DNA of 59,818 nt, counting the filler, from Sluysia triapertura (taxonomy: Eukaryota), in NCBI GenBank assembly GCA_046118255.1. It is 4 parts of 4 records of this genome, joined end to end, with 100 filler letters (N's around TTAATTAATTAA, not from the genome) between each part and the next. Parts side by side here need not be neighbours in the genome. Positions count along the whole stretch, not along the records: positions 1 to 17,188 come from JBJNIA010191273.1; 3 more parts are not named here. One strand, written 5' to 3'. The position numbers and the translations under genes are program-made. Positions 1-13,600 of the stretch are shown here, piece by piece. Positions within the stretch are counted from its first letter, which is position 1, and the number at the start of each line of letters is the position of its first letter. The notes below the pieces were generated by a model. That model ran no database searches. It saw nothing but the letters and a program-made list of their open reading frames with translations, and was not told the origin of the DNA.

Positions 1-19
1 TACTATTAAAATTAGCTCG

Positions 20-640
20 ACAACATTTTGTAAAAACTGGTTGTTTGTTGAATTGTCAGTCAATGGTAGATATAAAGGATATTTTTGAAACTGGCTCTGA
101 AGAACTTATGTTGGAACGTACAGATTCTTTAAATGATTTAAAAGATTTTAAGAAGTATAAACTTATACTTACTGTTTCGATGATTGAATTTCCGGCTTGC
201 AAGTTTTATCAAGCATCAATATTTGTTTATCGAATCTTCTTGGCGTTAATCATATGTATTCACACTGTTACTTACATTCAGATTTAAAGCCTGAAAATAT
301 ATTGATTGAAAATTCAATTACTCGGAAAATTAAAATTATTCATTTCAGCTTAGCTAAAAAAATTGTTGAAAAAGACGTTTTGGCTTTACAAGGTACCACT
401 GGAATTTGTGGCTCCTGAAGTTATCAATTTTGAACCTTTGTCTTAGGGTACAGATATCTGGTCAACCGGAACTATAATGTTTTTAACGTTAACTAGTTAC
501 AATCCATTTGATGCAGATAGTGACAACGATATTCATTGTAATATACTTCGATGTGATATTGATTATACCGACGAAAGATTCGTTTGTTTGGGTGACATGG
601 CTAGGGATTTCATAAAAACATTATTAATTAGAAAAATAAA
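20..640 (+). pseudogene. Degenerate CAMK-group Ser/Thr kinase domain (MLCK/DAPK/twitchin-like)
   Basis: HSDLKPEN catalytic loop; DFG decayed to HFS; GT-(frameshift)-EFVAPEVINFEPLS*GTDIWS with in-frame TAG at 444-446; C-lobe NPFDADSDNDIHCNILRCDIDY...ARDFIKTLL; pieces lie in different frames. Confidence 0.85.
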
Positions 641-816
641 TGACTTAAAATTGATGGAAATGTATGGTGTTTGTATTCCTAAATTCAAATATATTAGAGT
701 ATATTGTTATTTTTTCGTTCATATTTTCGTTTATAAAGTTAATCCACAAAGTTGTTGTAACTATAAGGACCTTAAGTCAATTTTTCTTAATTTTAAATTT
801 CCATATGTCCATCACA

Positions 817-915
817 CTGACATCATTCGGTTATCGCTTATTTGATCAGCTTTATCAATTAATGCTTCGAAAGTTTGATTGTCAAAGCCGTGGCACAGTT
901 GCGTTCGATGATTTA
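817..915 (+). pseudogene. PDCD6: Fragment of penta-EF-hand protein ALG-2/PDCD6
   Basis: LTSFGYRLFDQLYQLMLRKFDCQSRGTVAFDDL closely follows the PDCD6 segment FGYRLSDQFxxxLIRKFDRQGRGxIAFDDF; only ~33 codons, followed by a stop. Confidence 0.8.
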
Positions 916-960
916 TAAGGAATCGAATACTTATACGATTTATACATTTATTACTTTGTA

Positions 961-1140
961 TGTGCTCTTGAATCTTCTAAATTAATCATTAATGTAATGG
1001 GATATCACAGTATTAACGATCGCCATGATAAAGACCGAACATTTCTTCATTTAGCTACCATCAGTCAATTTTAAACTGAATCTGGAGTAAACTGTACTTA
1101 AAAGATCACACTAGCGCGACCTGCTTCGATATTGTTAATA
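961..1140 (+). pseudogene. Ankyrin-repeat gene fragment
   Basis: CALESSKLIINVMGYHSINDRHDKDRTFLHLAT then SGVNCT-(frameshift)-KDHTSATCFDIV; fits the ankyrin consensus IN.xD..GRTPLHLA / G.D...KD..G.T. Confidence 0.55.
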
Positions 1141-3039
1141 ATCAGTACTTGTATTATTGTCAACTTATCATATTTAGTCATAAACGAGAATTAGAGAAAC
1201 GTCGAAAATCTGAAGAATCTAAAATTATAAAATAATTATGTACAAATACATAATAAGAATTATTTTGTGAAACTTTCGGAACGAAATTCCTATTGAACTA
1301 AATGATAATTTTTATTTTGAGAAAACTTTTTGGAGTCTTGTTAAAAAAAGCGAAGTCATTCAATTTTAGAAGTCTCACCAGTTTCAGTTGAATTACATCT
1401 TTTACGTTCGTCTTCAAATCATTCTCAATTATTGGCTTTCATTGATTTAAATGCATCTGAAATACAATTTGATAAAGATCTTTTAACACAAGATACATTT
1501 ACTAAAAAGAACATTTGATTTAAAACGTACAGAAAATTTATACATATAATGGAGGTGGTGTTACTTTAGTCTTTAGTTCCAGATCAAAGACTAAAACTTC
1601 TATCGAAAACGAAACTACTAGTAATGGATTCAGAACTGAATAAATTTTGTTGTGTTCATGACCAATTTCAATTAAAACGAGAACAAATGTTAGAAGGTGG
1701 AACATGCTTGGACAAGTCAGGAATAAATAAAATATAAATATTAAATTGTCATAACCACGCATGCAATTATTCACAAATTTCTCCAAACATCTAAAATACG
1801 AAATAATTATTATATAATAAATATTATTATCAATTATTATCGATTTTTTAATATGATTAAAATGGTAATTTTGGAATCATTTAAAATTTGGAATATGTAC
1901 TAACAAACAAATTAGTTGAATTAGATTTAGAAACTGCTTATATGCATTTTAATCGAAATTTCTGTTTAATATCTAGCCTGCAGAATATGTTTATATTTTT
2001 AATGGTGTTTTTTGATATAATGTCAACAACTACAATTATTCTAAAATTCGGTACGAGAACTGTGTCAACATTATGTCAAATAGAAGCTCTTATTTTTGAT
2101 GAGACAAAATCCATGGTTGGATCGTTGGCTACAAATTAATGGATGTTCACTTTCCAAATATGGACTTCATTGCGGTGGCCAACCCAATATTTTAAAATTT
2201 TATTTAACAATATATAACAAAATCACACTTCAGAATATCTTACAATTTGTAATACTTTCAAACAATCTAAGCATGAAATGTCAAATCATCAAAATCGACC
2301 TAAACATCGAAAATCATCAAAGAATTAATTTAAAAACCAATCGAAATATTTTAAATTTAATTCAACACATTTCACATAAAATCACATTCTATAACATTTT
2401 AAGTATTCTTACATTTGAATCTTTCCATATTTCATTTCCGTTACTTCCACTAAAAATAGTCTCATTTTAAATTTCATTCAAAACATTATAAATTTACAAC
2501 TTTACAACACCAAAACCATTAAATTTTATTCAAAACATTATAATCCACAATTTCATAACAACAGAATTACATTTTACATCTTAAACTATCAAATATATAT
2601 CTCAAAATCAATTCAAAATATTTCAAGTTTACAATCCTTTAACGTTCAATCTCAAATATCACCGAAAAACATTAAATTAATATTTTGAAACCATTTTAGA
2701 CATTGCAATCAAAATAACGTTCCTTTAACATTTTAGTTATCCATTATTTCCTTTAAATATTCTATTATCAGCTCTTTCCATAATTCACATCTTTGTAATC
2801 ACCGAATAAAGTCTCTTCCAAAGGAAATAAGAATTACAACTAATATTCAAAAAAGCATTTAAGGAAAAAATGAAGTATATACTTAAGCAACAAATAAAAG
2901 AACAAAAATAATTTTACTTAAAGGAATTAAGTTAAAAGAATTTTATTAACCTTATGTCCAGAAATTTTCATGTTCGAAAGAAAAGTTTATGTTGAAGAAT
3001 AAAAGAATTTACGCACATTTTATATTTTTTCTTTGTAAA

Positions 3040-3042
<3 letters not shown>

Positions 3043-3078
<36 letters not shown>
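3043..3078. repeat. (ATT)n microsatellite
   Basis: Direct inspection. Confidence 0.95.
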
Positions 3079-3079
<1 letters not shown>

Positions 3080-3172
3080 ACTATTTATTATATCAATTAT
3101 TATTATTTTTAATCATTTAATTATCATTGTAAAAGTACTATTATTGAGACTATCAATTTTTTGTAATACAAT

Positions 3173-3306
3173 CTGTCACCAGTCGACAGTAACTCAATTA
3201 AATCAAGTCAAAATATCGTATAAACTGTCGATTGATGACAGTTGCTGAGTGTCCGTTGCAAAAATGCTTGTATCTCATTAGTATATTTGATTGGACGTCC
3301 AATCAA
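3173..3306. promoter_or_regulatory. Inverted repeat of TGTCA/TGACAG motifs plus a perfect 20-bp palindrome containing two CCAAT boxes
   Basis: CTGTCACCAGTCGACAGT (3173-3190) pairs 16/18 with ACTGTCGATTGATGACAG (3224-3241); TTGATTGGACGTCCAATCAA at 3287-3306. Confidence 0.5.
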
Positions 3307-3526
3307 TCATATTATTCTAAGTTTTAATTTTAACTGGACTTCCAGTCAAAAGAAAAATTAAAAATTAACAAAAATAAGTAGATATTTTTAGTAACAAAAA
3401 GACAAGCACAAAAAGACATCGAATCCATTATTAATTTTATATATTTTAAAAAAAGTACAATAATCTTTATTATTGTTGGCGATGCATAATGTCAAAATAT
3501 TAGCTATAATGTTTGATAATATTTCT

Positions 3527-3955
3527 AAATTAAAGTGGTCAAAGCCAGTTCAAATTCAACAACACACTACGCCATTATTATTGAAACATAAAGATGCTAG
3601 TAGTTTATCTGGAACCTGCAACGGAAAAACTGCTCGCTATCGTATTCAAATTATTCAACGATCAGCCATTTATGTACCTCATGATTTTTATTCCCTCACT
3701 TGAATTAGTAATACAAAAGTATTGTTAGTTTTTAGAAATAAATGAACGATTAAATTTGAAAAGAATGCATTTTACTGGAGATATAGATATGACTGATCAA
3801 TTAATAGAACTTAATATTTCTGATATTCACATTATACTACCTACTCCTGGTCGAATTTTAATGATGTTTGATCACACTAATCAAATCCAAGAAATTTTTT
3901 TATTCTATTCAAAATTTTGTAATTGATGGGGCAGATAAGATGTTAAGTTATCAAC
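3527..3955 (+). pseudogene. DEAD-box RNA helicase N-terminal domain pseudogene (DDX47/DDX49-like)
   Basis: Q motif WSKPVQIQ; motif I SGTCNGKT; Ia MIFIPSLELVIQ; TGDIDMTDQ...IHIILPTPGRIL (Ib); motif II VIDGADKML; correct order but frameshifted. Confidence 0.85.
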
Positions 3956-4501
3956 TACGTGAAAACAGTTAGAAAGATTCACGAATTGTATCGACAAAAT
4001 TTAGCAATAAAAGCAGGAAGAAAAATAAAAATATTTTTAAACAAATACAAATTTATTCAACATGTTATGGTGAAATTCAAAAGAAGTCCGGATTTTTGTT
4101 ACATGATTCACAATTTGTTAATGTCGAAACAGTAGGTAATTTTCCAACATGGCTGAAATTTTGTGTGTGCTGTGCCAAATGATGTTATAGAAAATGATAC
4201 CTTTTTATAATAATATGCGAAACATCAATGCATTATACCGTTAAATCATACCTATTTAAAGTTTCAGTTTTTGTTAAAGATTATCCTGAAGCACAGTATT
4301 ATGAAATGCGTATTAACATAAGCCCAACAGTATGCTCTACCAAAATCGAGAAAATATGAATCGACTGATGCTCCTATTATGTTTAATAATGAATCTGACT
4401 GTATAAGATTAGACTTTGAATCATCAATCAGTATTAGTAATTCCGATACTACACGATTTAAAATTCCAAGAATTTCAAACTCGGGCATCATAGTTCAATC
4501 C

Positions 4502-4590
4502 AGGTTTAAATCTCGATAAACATTATAAGATTGCGCAATCTGGTACGGTATGAATTGTAAATACTTACACTCTGTCAAAGAGCTGAAAGA
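4502..4590 (+). pseudogene. Degenerate TIS11/ZFP36-type CCCH zinc finger fragment
   Basis: RFKSR*...WYGMNCKYLHSVKELKE resembles RYKTxLC...CxYGxxCxFAHxxxEL; contains stops. Confidence 0.4.
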
Positions 4591-5029
4591 AATAGAAATT
4601 AACTCAGCAGTTAACAACATTCATCTCGATCAAATAAAAATCTTGCTGTAATCAATAGACATTTTCGTTCTAGCACAGTATCCATCCACAACGGAATTCA
4701 AAGTATCCATTAAAGATTGCACAGAAATACAATTCGATGAGCCAATATCAGATGAAATTAAAGTAATTAATAAATATGATTATGATAATGATAATTTAAT
4801 TATAATTTTTTATTCAGTAGTTGAAACATGGTCTAACAGAATACATATTGGAAGATTGATGAACATTAACATATTTACTAATATAAATAAAATTGGGTTT
4901 TTAATTTTGTTCTTTTGTAATGTATTAAATCTGAGAATAGTTTTCTTCAATAATTTAAATAGTAAATATAACTTTTCTCAATATAATAAATTTGTGATAA
5001 TAAATTTTTATAGAATAAATAAAAATAAC

Positions 5030-5097
5030 TATAAATAATAAATAAATAAATAATAAATAAATAATAAATAAATAATAAATAAATAAATAATAAATAA
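5030..5097. repeat. AAAT/AAT compound low-complexity tandem repeat
   Basis: Repeating ~11-nt AATAAATAAAT units. Confidence 0.85.
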
Positions 5098-8000
5098 CTA
5101 TAAACCATCGCATCATTGTTTTATGATGCCAATACGTCCAAATATTTATATTAAACAATTCTCAATCAAAGATGGTGAAACATTTTTGAAAAAATAGAAT
5201 ATTATCGTTTTCGTAAATTGCAATTGACTGAAAATGTTGCTTGTTTTTATAGAAATGAATACTATATGTTTGAACACATTTTTGATATTTACAAAGGTAG
5301 ATATTTAGGTTTACTAGATATGCTATAAATTTAAAGTTAAACATTTAATAACATTAGCAATTAATACATTCGATAAAGACACTCTATTAGCTTCAGAAAA
5401 TTCAAATCCAGTTACTACTGATGATTGTGCAGATAAAATTGATGACGATGGTAACATATCATGTTTATTAAGGTAATTTATATTTTTATAGTTTTTATTC
5501 TTGTTAATATAAAATTCAACTTTTTGTTTATTTAATTAATTTATTGTTTCAAAAGGCCATAAGCTTATTTTGTTAATTGTTTATAAGTTTTATTTAAATT
5601 GTTTAATATTAATTGTAAATTCTAACTTTCTCGATAAATTTTTTTATCAAAATTTTAAAATTAAAATCCAAAAGCCCTCTCAACAGTAACAAAGTTATCT
5701 TATGTTGGATGTTATGTGTAAGACAGATATCTTAAGAAACGTTAATAAACATATTGTAATAAAATTCATGTGAATAATTTAGACTTTTCAAACACCGTAA
5801 TACATATTAAAATAAAGTATTTTAGAAAATAATTATTGTTTAATTTGTGCAAGGAATTAAGAGAAAGTAAAATTATTTCAAAATCAGATATATAATCCTT
5901 TCGTGACTAAAATAATAAATGAAACTTCCTTCGTTTGCAAAATTATTTTCCGCATTATAATATCTAAGTCGTTTTTGTTGTTTTTTATACAGTTATAAAA
6001 CAAGCAGAAAAATAAGACAATTTTTATAAAGTAAAATATTATTTATTATAAATAATGCAAAAATTAAAACGAATTTATAAATGTCTATTTTAAGATTTTG
6101 TTTTGTTTTGCGATCTGAGAAAAAATATAATTAAATTCTATAAATGAAACATATTTCTAAGTATTTATGGAAACTAATTTATTTTTAACGTGCAATCTGT
6201 TTTGATCAATATATAGTTTCCAATTCTTGGTCATAATTTCTCTCCAAAACTTTTTGTAGTTTCTTTAAGTTATATATTAAGGTTAATTTTTCGAGTATAC
6301 AGCTCAAGACGATTTGTGCTGTAAATTACATAAATTTTAATATTTAAGTACGCTTTTTCTCGTTTTATAGAGACCTTTTTTATAATTTTGGCGGGACATT
6401 TATTATAAGTTAAATTTTTGACACGGAAGAATATTAATATATTTATATAGTGACTAAATTATATTTTTATAGAAAAATATATAATCTTATCAAAACTAAT
6501 AAAAATATAAGTACAATTATTAGTTAATTGTGTATGGAAATCTATATTGATTTTAGATCATTTATTGAATCACTTTATAGTTATAATGAATTTAAACAAA
6601 ACTGAAGTTCAATTAATTAATTAATTTTATCTACCTTTACAAGATACCAATTTAAGTGAATGAAAAATATCTTTGTCTCTAGAATTGATTACAAAACATT
6701 TGAATCTGATAATGTTCTTTTCTGCTTTTTACTCTTTCTGAAGTTAATAATTTTTGTTCATTTACATCTCGTTGATTATTCGGTTGCAAAGATTTTATAA
6801 TAACTGATAGAGCCAAAAATTGCAAATAGTATCACCAAAATTTAATAATTTATTTAAATAGTGATACTATTTGGCGATATACATTTAGTGAGCGTAATTG
6901 TATTTGTAATTGTATTTTATATACCAATTTCCAGAATTTGATCTAATTATTTTGTTTTAGATAATTATAGACTAATTCTCGAAATGGTAACTAATTAACC
7001 AATTTTAATTAAATCTTATAATTAATTAATTTTATTAATATTTCAATTTAGTTTTTTAAAATATATTTCTTTTATCAATAATTCATTCCTAATTTTTTTA
7101 TAATTTAACACTAGTTCTAACATTTAAAATAGTTTGTTTAAATTTCAATTATTCAAGCAGTTTTAACCATTTTATTAATATAGGTCATGTAGATCCTAAG
7201 CATAAACAATATTAATGAAATTAAAATATCTCACGTTTAAAAAACTATAATATGATAAAATTATTTTAAAAAATGTACTTTTTAATATAAATTTAAAATT
7301 ATGTATTTATAATGTGTTATGTAGTCCATTTCCATTTCCATTGTGACAATTTTTCATTCGAATGAAGGTAATTTCATTTTAATTTTAAAATAAAAATGTG
7401 TAAAAATAGAAATAAAAATAATTTCGAATTATATTCAAGAAATTAAATTATCAGATTGATGTGTGAGATAATATATTTGAAAAAAGCATTGGACATATAC
7501 AGAATGATTGACCTGATTTTGCTGTCATTTAAAGATATTTTATTATTTTAAAAAAATGTGAAACATCTACAGTTTTTAGCATTAATAAAGAATAAAATCC
7601 AAAACTTTTCGATAATGCTATCACTGTTTATTACCATTGTTTATTACGTAAATAATCGTTACTTAAATTATTTGTGAATTTTAAATTCAAGATTGAATTT
7701 CAATTTAATTTCTTTTAATTCTTTCCTGCATTTCAGATGTGCATTATTAATGTAAGTCAAAATTAAGCGTATAATATAATTTTTAAAATTTTGTCTACCT
7801 ATTTCTTTAGATTTAAAATAATATGAATTAATATTTATATTAAGTTGTCATTACAACCCCTTGATAAAACAACTTACAACTTATATAATTTATCTTATTT
7901 TTTCAGAACTTATTTTCAAAAAAAGAAAATGCCTTACTAAAAATAGAAAAGAAGTTCTAGAACATTCAGAATTCTAAATGGTTATGATTGGCCATTTTGA

Positions 8001-8130
8001 CAAAGTTTCAGCAGCGCATTTTGATCGACATATCGTTTTTTCAATTGATTCAACTGTTAACAATCATTTGATTAAATCATCGAATTGGTCAATTCGTTCC
8101 TGTCATCAATCAGTCATTTAAGTTGTTTTT

Positions 8131-8408
8131 TATATTTTTACTCGCGCGCGTAAATCAATACTTCCAATTTTTCTTATGACATATTCAGAACATCAGTTTT
8201 ATCATTAACTTTATATAAAGATGTTCTGAAAATACATTTGGTATGTTATATTTGTTTAGTAATTCATGTAGTGATATTAAATCTTCTTTACTTATTTCTA
8301 ATAAAATAGCACTAAATTGATTGGACAGAATTTTTACACGTGATTTGAATTTGTATATTCGTAAACCAAAACATAATCATAAACAAAATCATAGACATCC
8401 AACACATT
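8131..8408 (+). repeat. Dispersed ~280-bp repeat, copy 1
   Basis: Near-identical to 10362-10650 (e.g. CAGAACATCAGTTTTATCATTAACTTTATATAA...TTTACACGTGATTTGAATTTGTATATTCGTAAACC). Confidence 0.9.
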
Positions 8409-9879
8409 TCTCATAATAATAATATTAAATTACATTTTAGATTGTATTTTGAAAACCACGATGTAATGAAGGGAATAACTTTATTTTAAACTAATAAAGA
8501 TTAAATTGAATATCAAATATAGATTTCAATTTTAAATTACATAAATAATTTTTTCTCATTATTCTTTTGCTGCAAATACTATTTCAACGTTGTATTAATA
8601 AAATTTTAAAAATTTGATAACCTTAAAAAGAATTAAATTGATTAAAGAATTAAGTTAATGACCCTCCATTTACGATAGGCAAAAATAGTATTAGAATTCG
8701 TTGTTTTAAGAATTTTGTTAAGACTTACACTTACAGGAACTCCCTCTTTACGGCAAAAAGACGTAACCTGACCGTGCTTAATTTTATTTTGGCGTAGGTT
8801 AGGAACTAAGAAAACCAAAGAATTTAAGAACAACTTTTACTCGAGTTCTTATTATTGAATTTGTTCGTAAACTTTATAAAACTATCTTATTTCTAAAACT
8901 ACGTCAAGTTATAATCTCAAACTTAAATTTTTTAAAATTTAAATTGATTTTGTGAGTTCTAATCTAACTAATCGAAGTTCCAAATTTCCTGTAAAAAATT
9001 AAAAAAGTTATAGTCCTGTAAATTTATTTTTATCGTACCAATTTTAAAATAAATTATATACTTATGTATAAAATCTGTGTTCACACAAAATTTTAAACAG
9101 AAGTTTAAGTGACATTTTTATTATTAACTTTCGGCCTACCAGTCGGATCCAATTGAATCGAGTATAAATTTCACTAGTTATATTCTGGTAATATGTTACG
9201 TGAAAATTGTTTTGATTTCCTCACTTTTTTCATAGCAGACAAATGAGTTTATTTATATGGTTCGTTAAATTTTTTAAAATTTTTTACATACATTTTGGTA
9301 AACTGAATGTTAATTAAGTTTATTTTATAATATTTTAATTCACTTTAACTTTTCCTTTTTATAATAGAAAATTCCAATTATTTATTGAATGCTAATGATA
9401 TGAATATCAATCTTTTCACGTAATTTTATATAAAATCATAAAATTGAACATAGATAAGTAAAATGATAAAAGAAATTCAAATAAATATTAAATATTTTTC
9501 TACATTTATTAAAAAATACATTTGTTTTAGTCACGTTTTCTTTTTTACAATATAATTAACATTATTAAAGGCATTTTTCATAATTCAAAAGGCAAACACT
9601 GTTTGATAATGTTTTTCTAACAGTCTAGAATTTAGGCGATTTATTTAAGCAACTGTTTTCACATTATTAATAATACAAGACCTATTTTAATTTGTATTAT
9701 TTATATATTAATTATAAAGTTTTATTTAATTTATTGTTTTTCCGATCATTTAAAAAAGTTATTTATTTAAGGACGAGGCGTGCATGTATGTATTCTTCAT
9801 ACAAATATATAAATTTTATTCATATATCTCTGTAAGCAGTATTTTTGGTTGTTGAAGTATCTCCAGGCAATTGAATTTT

Positions 9880-10090
9880 TAGCGAATGCATTGATTTGAC
9901 TTGAGACAACGCCACACATAACTGTTCACAGGAAAAATGGGAGAATTCCTACTTTGTTAAAAGTTTATCCTTCAGATAAGTGAATAGGAACGGCTTTCGA
10001 TGAAACTAAAAGAGATTTTTGGTAGCAAAAAGAGTTTTCCTGCAAAACGTCCAGTAACAACTTCACAAATTATAGTGTTTGATATGAAAG
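9880..10090 (-). mobile_element. Helitron/PIF1-type helicase C-terminal remnant
   Basis: Minus-strand translation SNTIICEVVTGRFAGKLFLLPKISF...SEG*TFNKVGI...EQLCVALSQVKS matches SQGQTFxKVG...GQLYVALSRV and the copy at ~33000. Confidence 0.7.
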
Positions 10091-10361
10091 TTGTTTATTA
10101 GAAAATTAACTTACAAAATGAACGTCATCTTATGGTTTGCTTGTATTCTTTGAGAGACTTAACTGAAATCTTTTAATTGAAATTCTTATTTAGTGTATGT
10201 TTTTCTGAGGATTCAATTGTAAAATTTTATTAGTTTTATCTATTCATGAGATTAACATATTGGGATAAACATTAACTTTTCTATAAACAATCTAAGGGTA
10301 GTTATATTTATATAAATTTAGTAGATAAAAATGATCGTGCTAAACCACAACCATTCCATAG

Positions 10362-10650
10362 TATATTTACTCGCGCACGTGGATCAAATACTTTCCAATG
10401 TTCTTATGACACATTCAGAACATCAGTTTTATCATTAACTTTATATAAGGATGTTCTGAAATTACATTTTGTATGTTATATTTGTTTAGTAATTCATGTA
10501 GTGATATTAAATCTTTTTTGCTTATTTCTAATAAAATAGCACTAAGTTGAGTGGACAGAATATTTACACGTGATTTGAATTTGTATATTCGTAAACCGAA
10601 ACATAATCATAAACACAATCATAGACGAACATCAACATAGTCCAACACAT
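10362..10650 (+). repeat. Dispersed ~280-bp repeat, copy 2
   Basis: Near-identical to 8131-8408. Confidence 0.9.
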
Positions 10651-13600
10651 TAATCATAAACAAATCTTAAAAAAACTTTAACACGATCTTACACAAAATA
10701 TCAAATCAACAAATTACGTACATAAAAAAAGAAACAATCTTCATAAGACATAAAAAGGCAAATTCAGAATATCTTGACAATAACAGTCATAATAATGTTA
10801 ACGATACATATTTCAACAATTCCCTATAGCGACCAACAGAAATTTAATATTATTTTAGTATTACATACGTTGTGATTTCAAGATGCACGTAAAGCAATAA
10901 GTTATCGTTGTTTGGTTGTCTCGCATTAACAATATCAGCAGTTGGAAATATTTTTTAGTTTATTCTAAAGTACTTGGTATTTCTCAAATTATATACACAT
11001 GTTCATTTGGATTCAAACGTATAAACGCAAAATTAGCCTTATTTTTGGCTTATTAAATTATGTTCACATTTTTTGGTAATTGCAAAACCAACATAAACGG
11101 GTATATTAGGTTGTAGGATATGCGAACAATATCAAAAGATCTCTTTTCATGCGGTCTTTTACCAGCTGTTGGCTTATTGATATTTATGACATTTATCAAT
11201 GTTTTATGTTAAATACATAATTATGTTATCATATTATTTAGCTCAGATGCGAATAGTCTTGTCGTATACATATTGTGAATCAATTTTAATATGAAAGATG
11301 ATATATTGTACTATTAAATTTATTTTGAGAGTAATAATGCACCGCTTATATTAGTTTTCATTTATATAATTGTTTGCTAATTCAATGATTTTATAGTGTT
11401 TTACTAAAAAATATCAAGTTGTAAAAAGCTATAAACAAAAGTTTGTTTACTATAATACTTATCGATATTATATAAACCTTATGAAAATATTTATTTCTTT
11501 AAATTATGTCTTTATTCCTTTAAAATAGAAATTATAATAATATGATTGTAAATACTAATTTTAATAAATCAATATTAGAAAATGTCAGTTCTTATATAAT
11601 AGCATTTTTTCAATTAATGATAATACAACAATAAAATACGGAATATGACTTTATATTTATGAGTAGAAATCAAATTGAGAAAATTTCATCAATATATTCA
11701 TAACCGTGATCGTAAGTATCTGTCAACATTAGTTTTGTATTATTATCGTTATACGTTACTAGATTACGCACAATAAATGCACCCGGTTTTTATTCAATTT
11801 TCGGTATTAGTGTAGACCTTGCTTATATTTTTTCGTTTAGAAATTAATCAAATTAATATTACTATAGTTGAAAATGAGTTTACAGTTGTATACCAACTGT
11901 ATAAAATTCCATCATATTTTGATGAAGGTGATTATATTATAAATACACAAACACGTTATTTAGATGGTGAACATTAGCTTGCAAATTATATGAAGCCTGT
12001 ATTTGTTGATACATTTGGTTTTTATTATCCAAATTCGTTTTATTCAAATTAATAGTCCTGCACATGTCAATAGACAAAATATACTAACAAAATGTTGTTG
12101 ACAATTATGTATTTTAAGGTTGCATTACCAAAAAGCTGGCAATTAATTTTATTTAAATATATCTTAGTGCGTTAATTGTCTTTTTTATTGGTATAAACAA
12201 AAAAATTAGTGGGATGAAAAAAATGTAAAATGTATTTCGTCTTCATTGATGTAGAAAGTTTTGTTAATAGTAAAATCAAATTATTAATTAAATAAAACCC
12301 TAATCTTTCGCAGTCACTAAACAATGAAGCATTCATAAAAATTTCCAACATAACTATTAACAATAAAATTTTCATAAGATACACTTCGAATTGCAATTCT
12401 ATAACAGTTTTAAATTTAAAATTCATTTAAAGTTCAATTTTCAATCAGTCATAAATACAAATCTTTATCATCAATCAATCAATTATTAGTTTAACCTATA
12501 CAAAGAATGTGATATTAAGTATATTTTCAAGTATACGAGTGATAAAGTTCGGATTATGATTCATAAGAGTTAGAGTTCTTCGGACATAAACGAAATTGCT
12601 TCACAATCAATTTAACTTTACTTCATTCGAGATAGTAATTTCAATTAGTAATTTTAGTTTTTTGTAGTAATTACTATTTTGCTTTGACTATGAAACTTTC
12701 GGAGGTCATCTTTAAACATACTCTATCTTATCATTATTTCAGAAAAATATTATTGAATAAACCAATATTTGTAGCATTTGTCAGTCCAAAAGTAGATAAC
12801 CTATCTAGATTTTTCAAAATAAAATAAGATTTAAACTTGGATGAAATCTAAATTGAAGTCTGAATCTGCACTAATTTAAAATAAGAACTTTGAATAATTT
12901 TAAATTCCATTTTCAACACGAAATCGAAGTTTTGTTTGCCATTTATTAATTTTCTTAATTACTTTGTCGATTTCTAATATAATACTTAGAAAACACAATT
13001 GTGTATTCAATCTTACCAAGAAAGTCATCTCCGTAAAATTTTTTTATAAAATTGATGTTTTCGATAAAATTTGTAATTGTCACTAAATAAGATTAAAACT
13101 CTCATTCATAATTCCATTAATTTTTAACAGTTGTGATCACCTAAAGATAATTGTTATAAGGTCAACCCTACTAAAATGTCATAAGTGATTAATCACAAAG
13201 ATTTTGTAAACAATTAATTATATAATAAATATATAATAAATAATTAAGTTATTTATTACAAATATTTGAACCATAATGTTACTATTAAATAAACTAATTT
13301 AATATTCATGCAATTTTTATTAATTTATATAGCGATTGACTTTCAAACTACCATAGGGTCCAATGAATCCCATTGTAAATTACACTAATTATTTTCCAAT
13401 AACATATTACATGGAAATTGTTTTAACTTCCTGACTTTTTATATAGTAGATCATTGAGTTTATTTACATGCACATTTATTTGTGTTTATTAATATGTAAT
13501 GCATATATACCTTTTTGGTAGACGGAAGGTTAAACTAAGCAATTTAAAGTGTCACATTTTTACAATTAAACAATTATAAATAAAACTATTTTTTATTTTG

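Noticed and set aside
4562-4600. Apparent 14-nt minus-strand micro-exon (TTTCAG...GTAAGT)
   Set aside because: Isolated, and overlaps the better-supported plus-strand CCCH-like fragment
10880-12050. Protein-like stretches (SNKLSLFGCLALTISAVGNIF; YKIPSYFDEGDYIINTQTRYLDGEH)
   Set aside because: Interrupted by stops and no family could be assigned by eye
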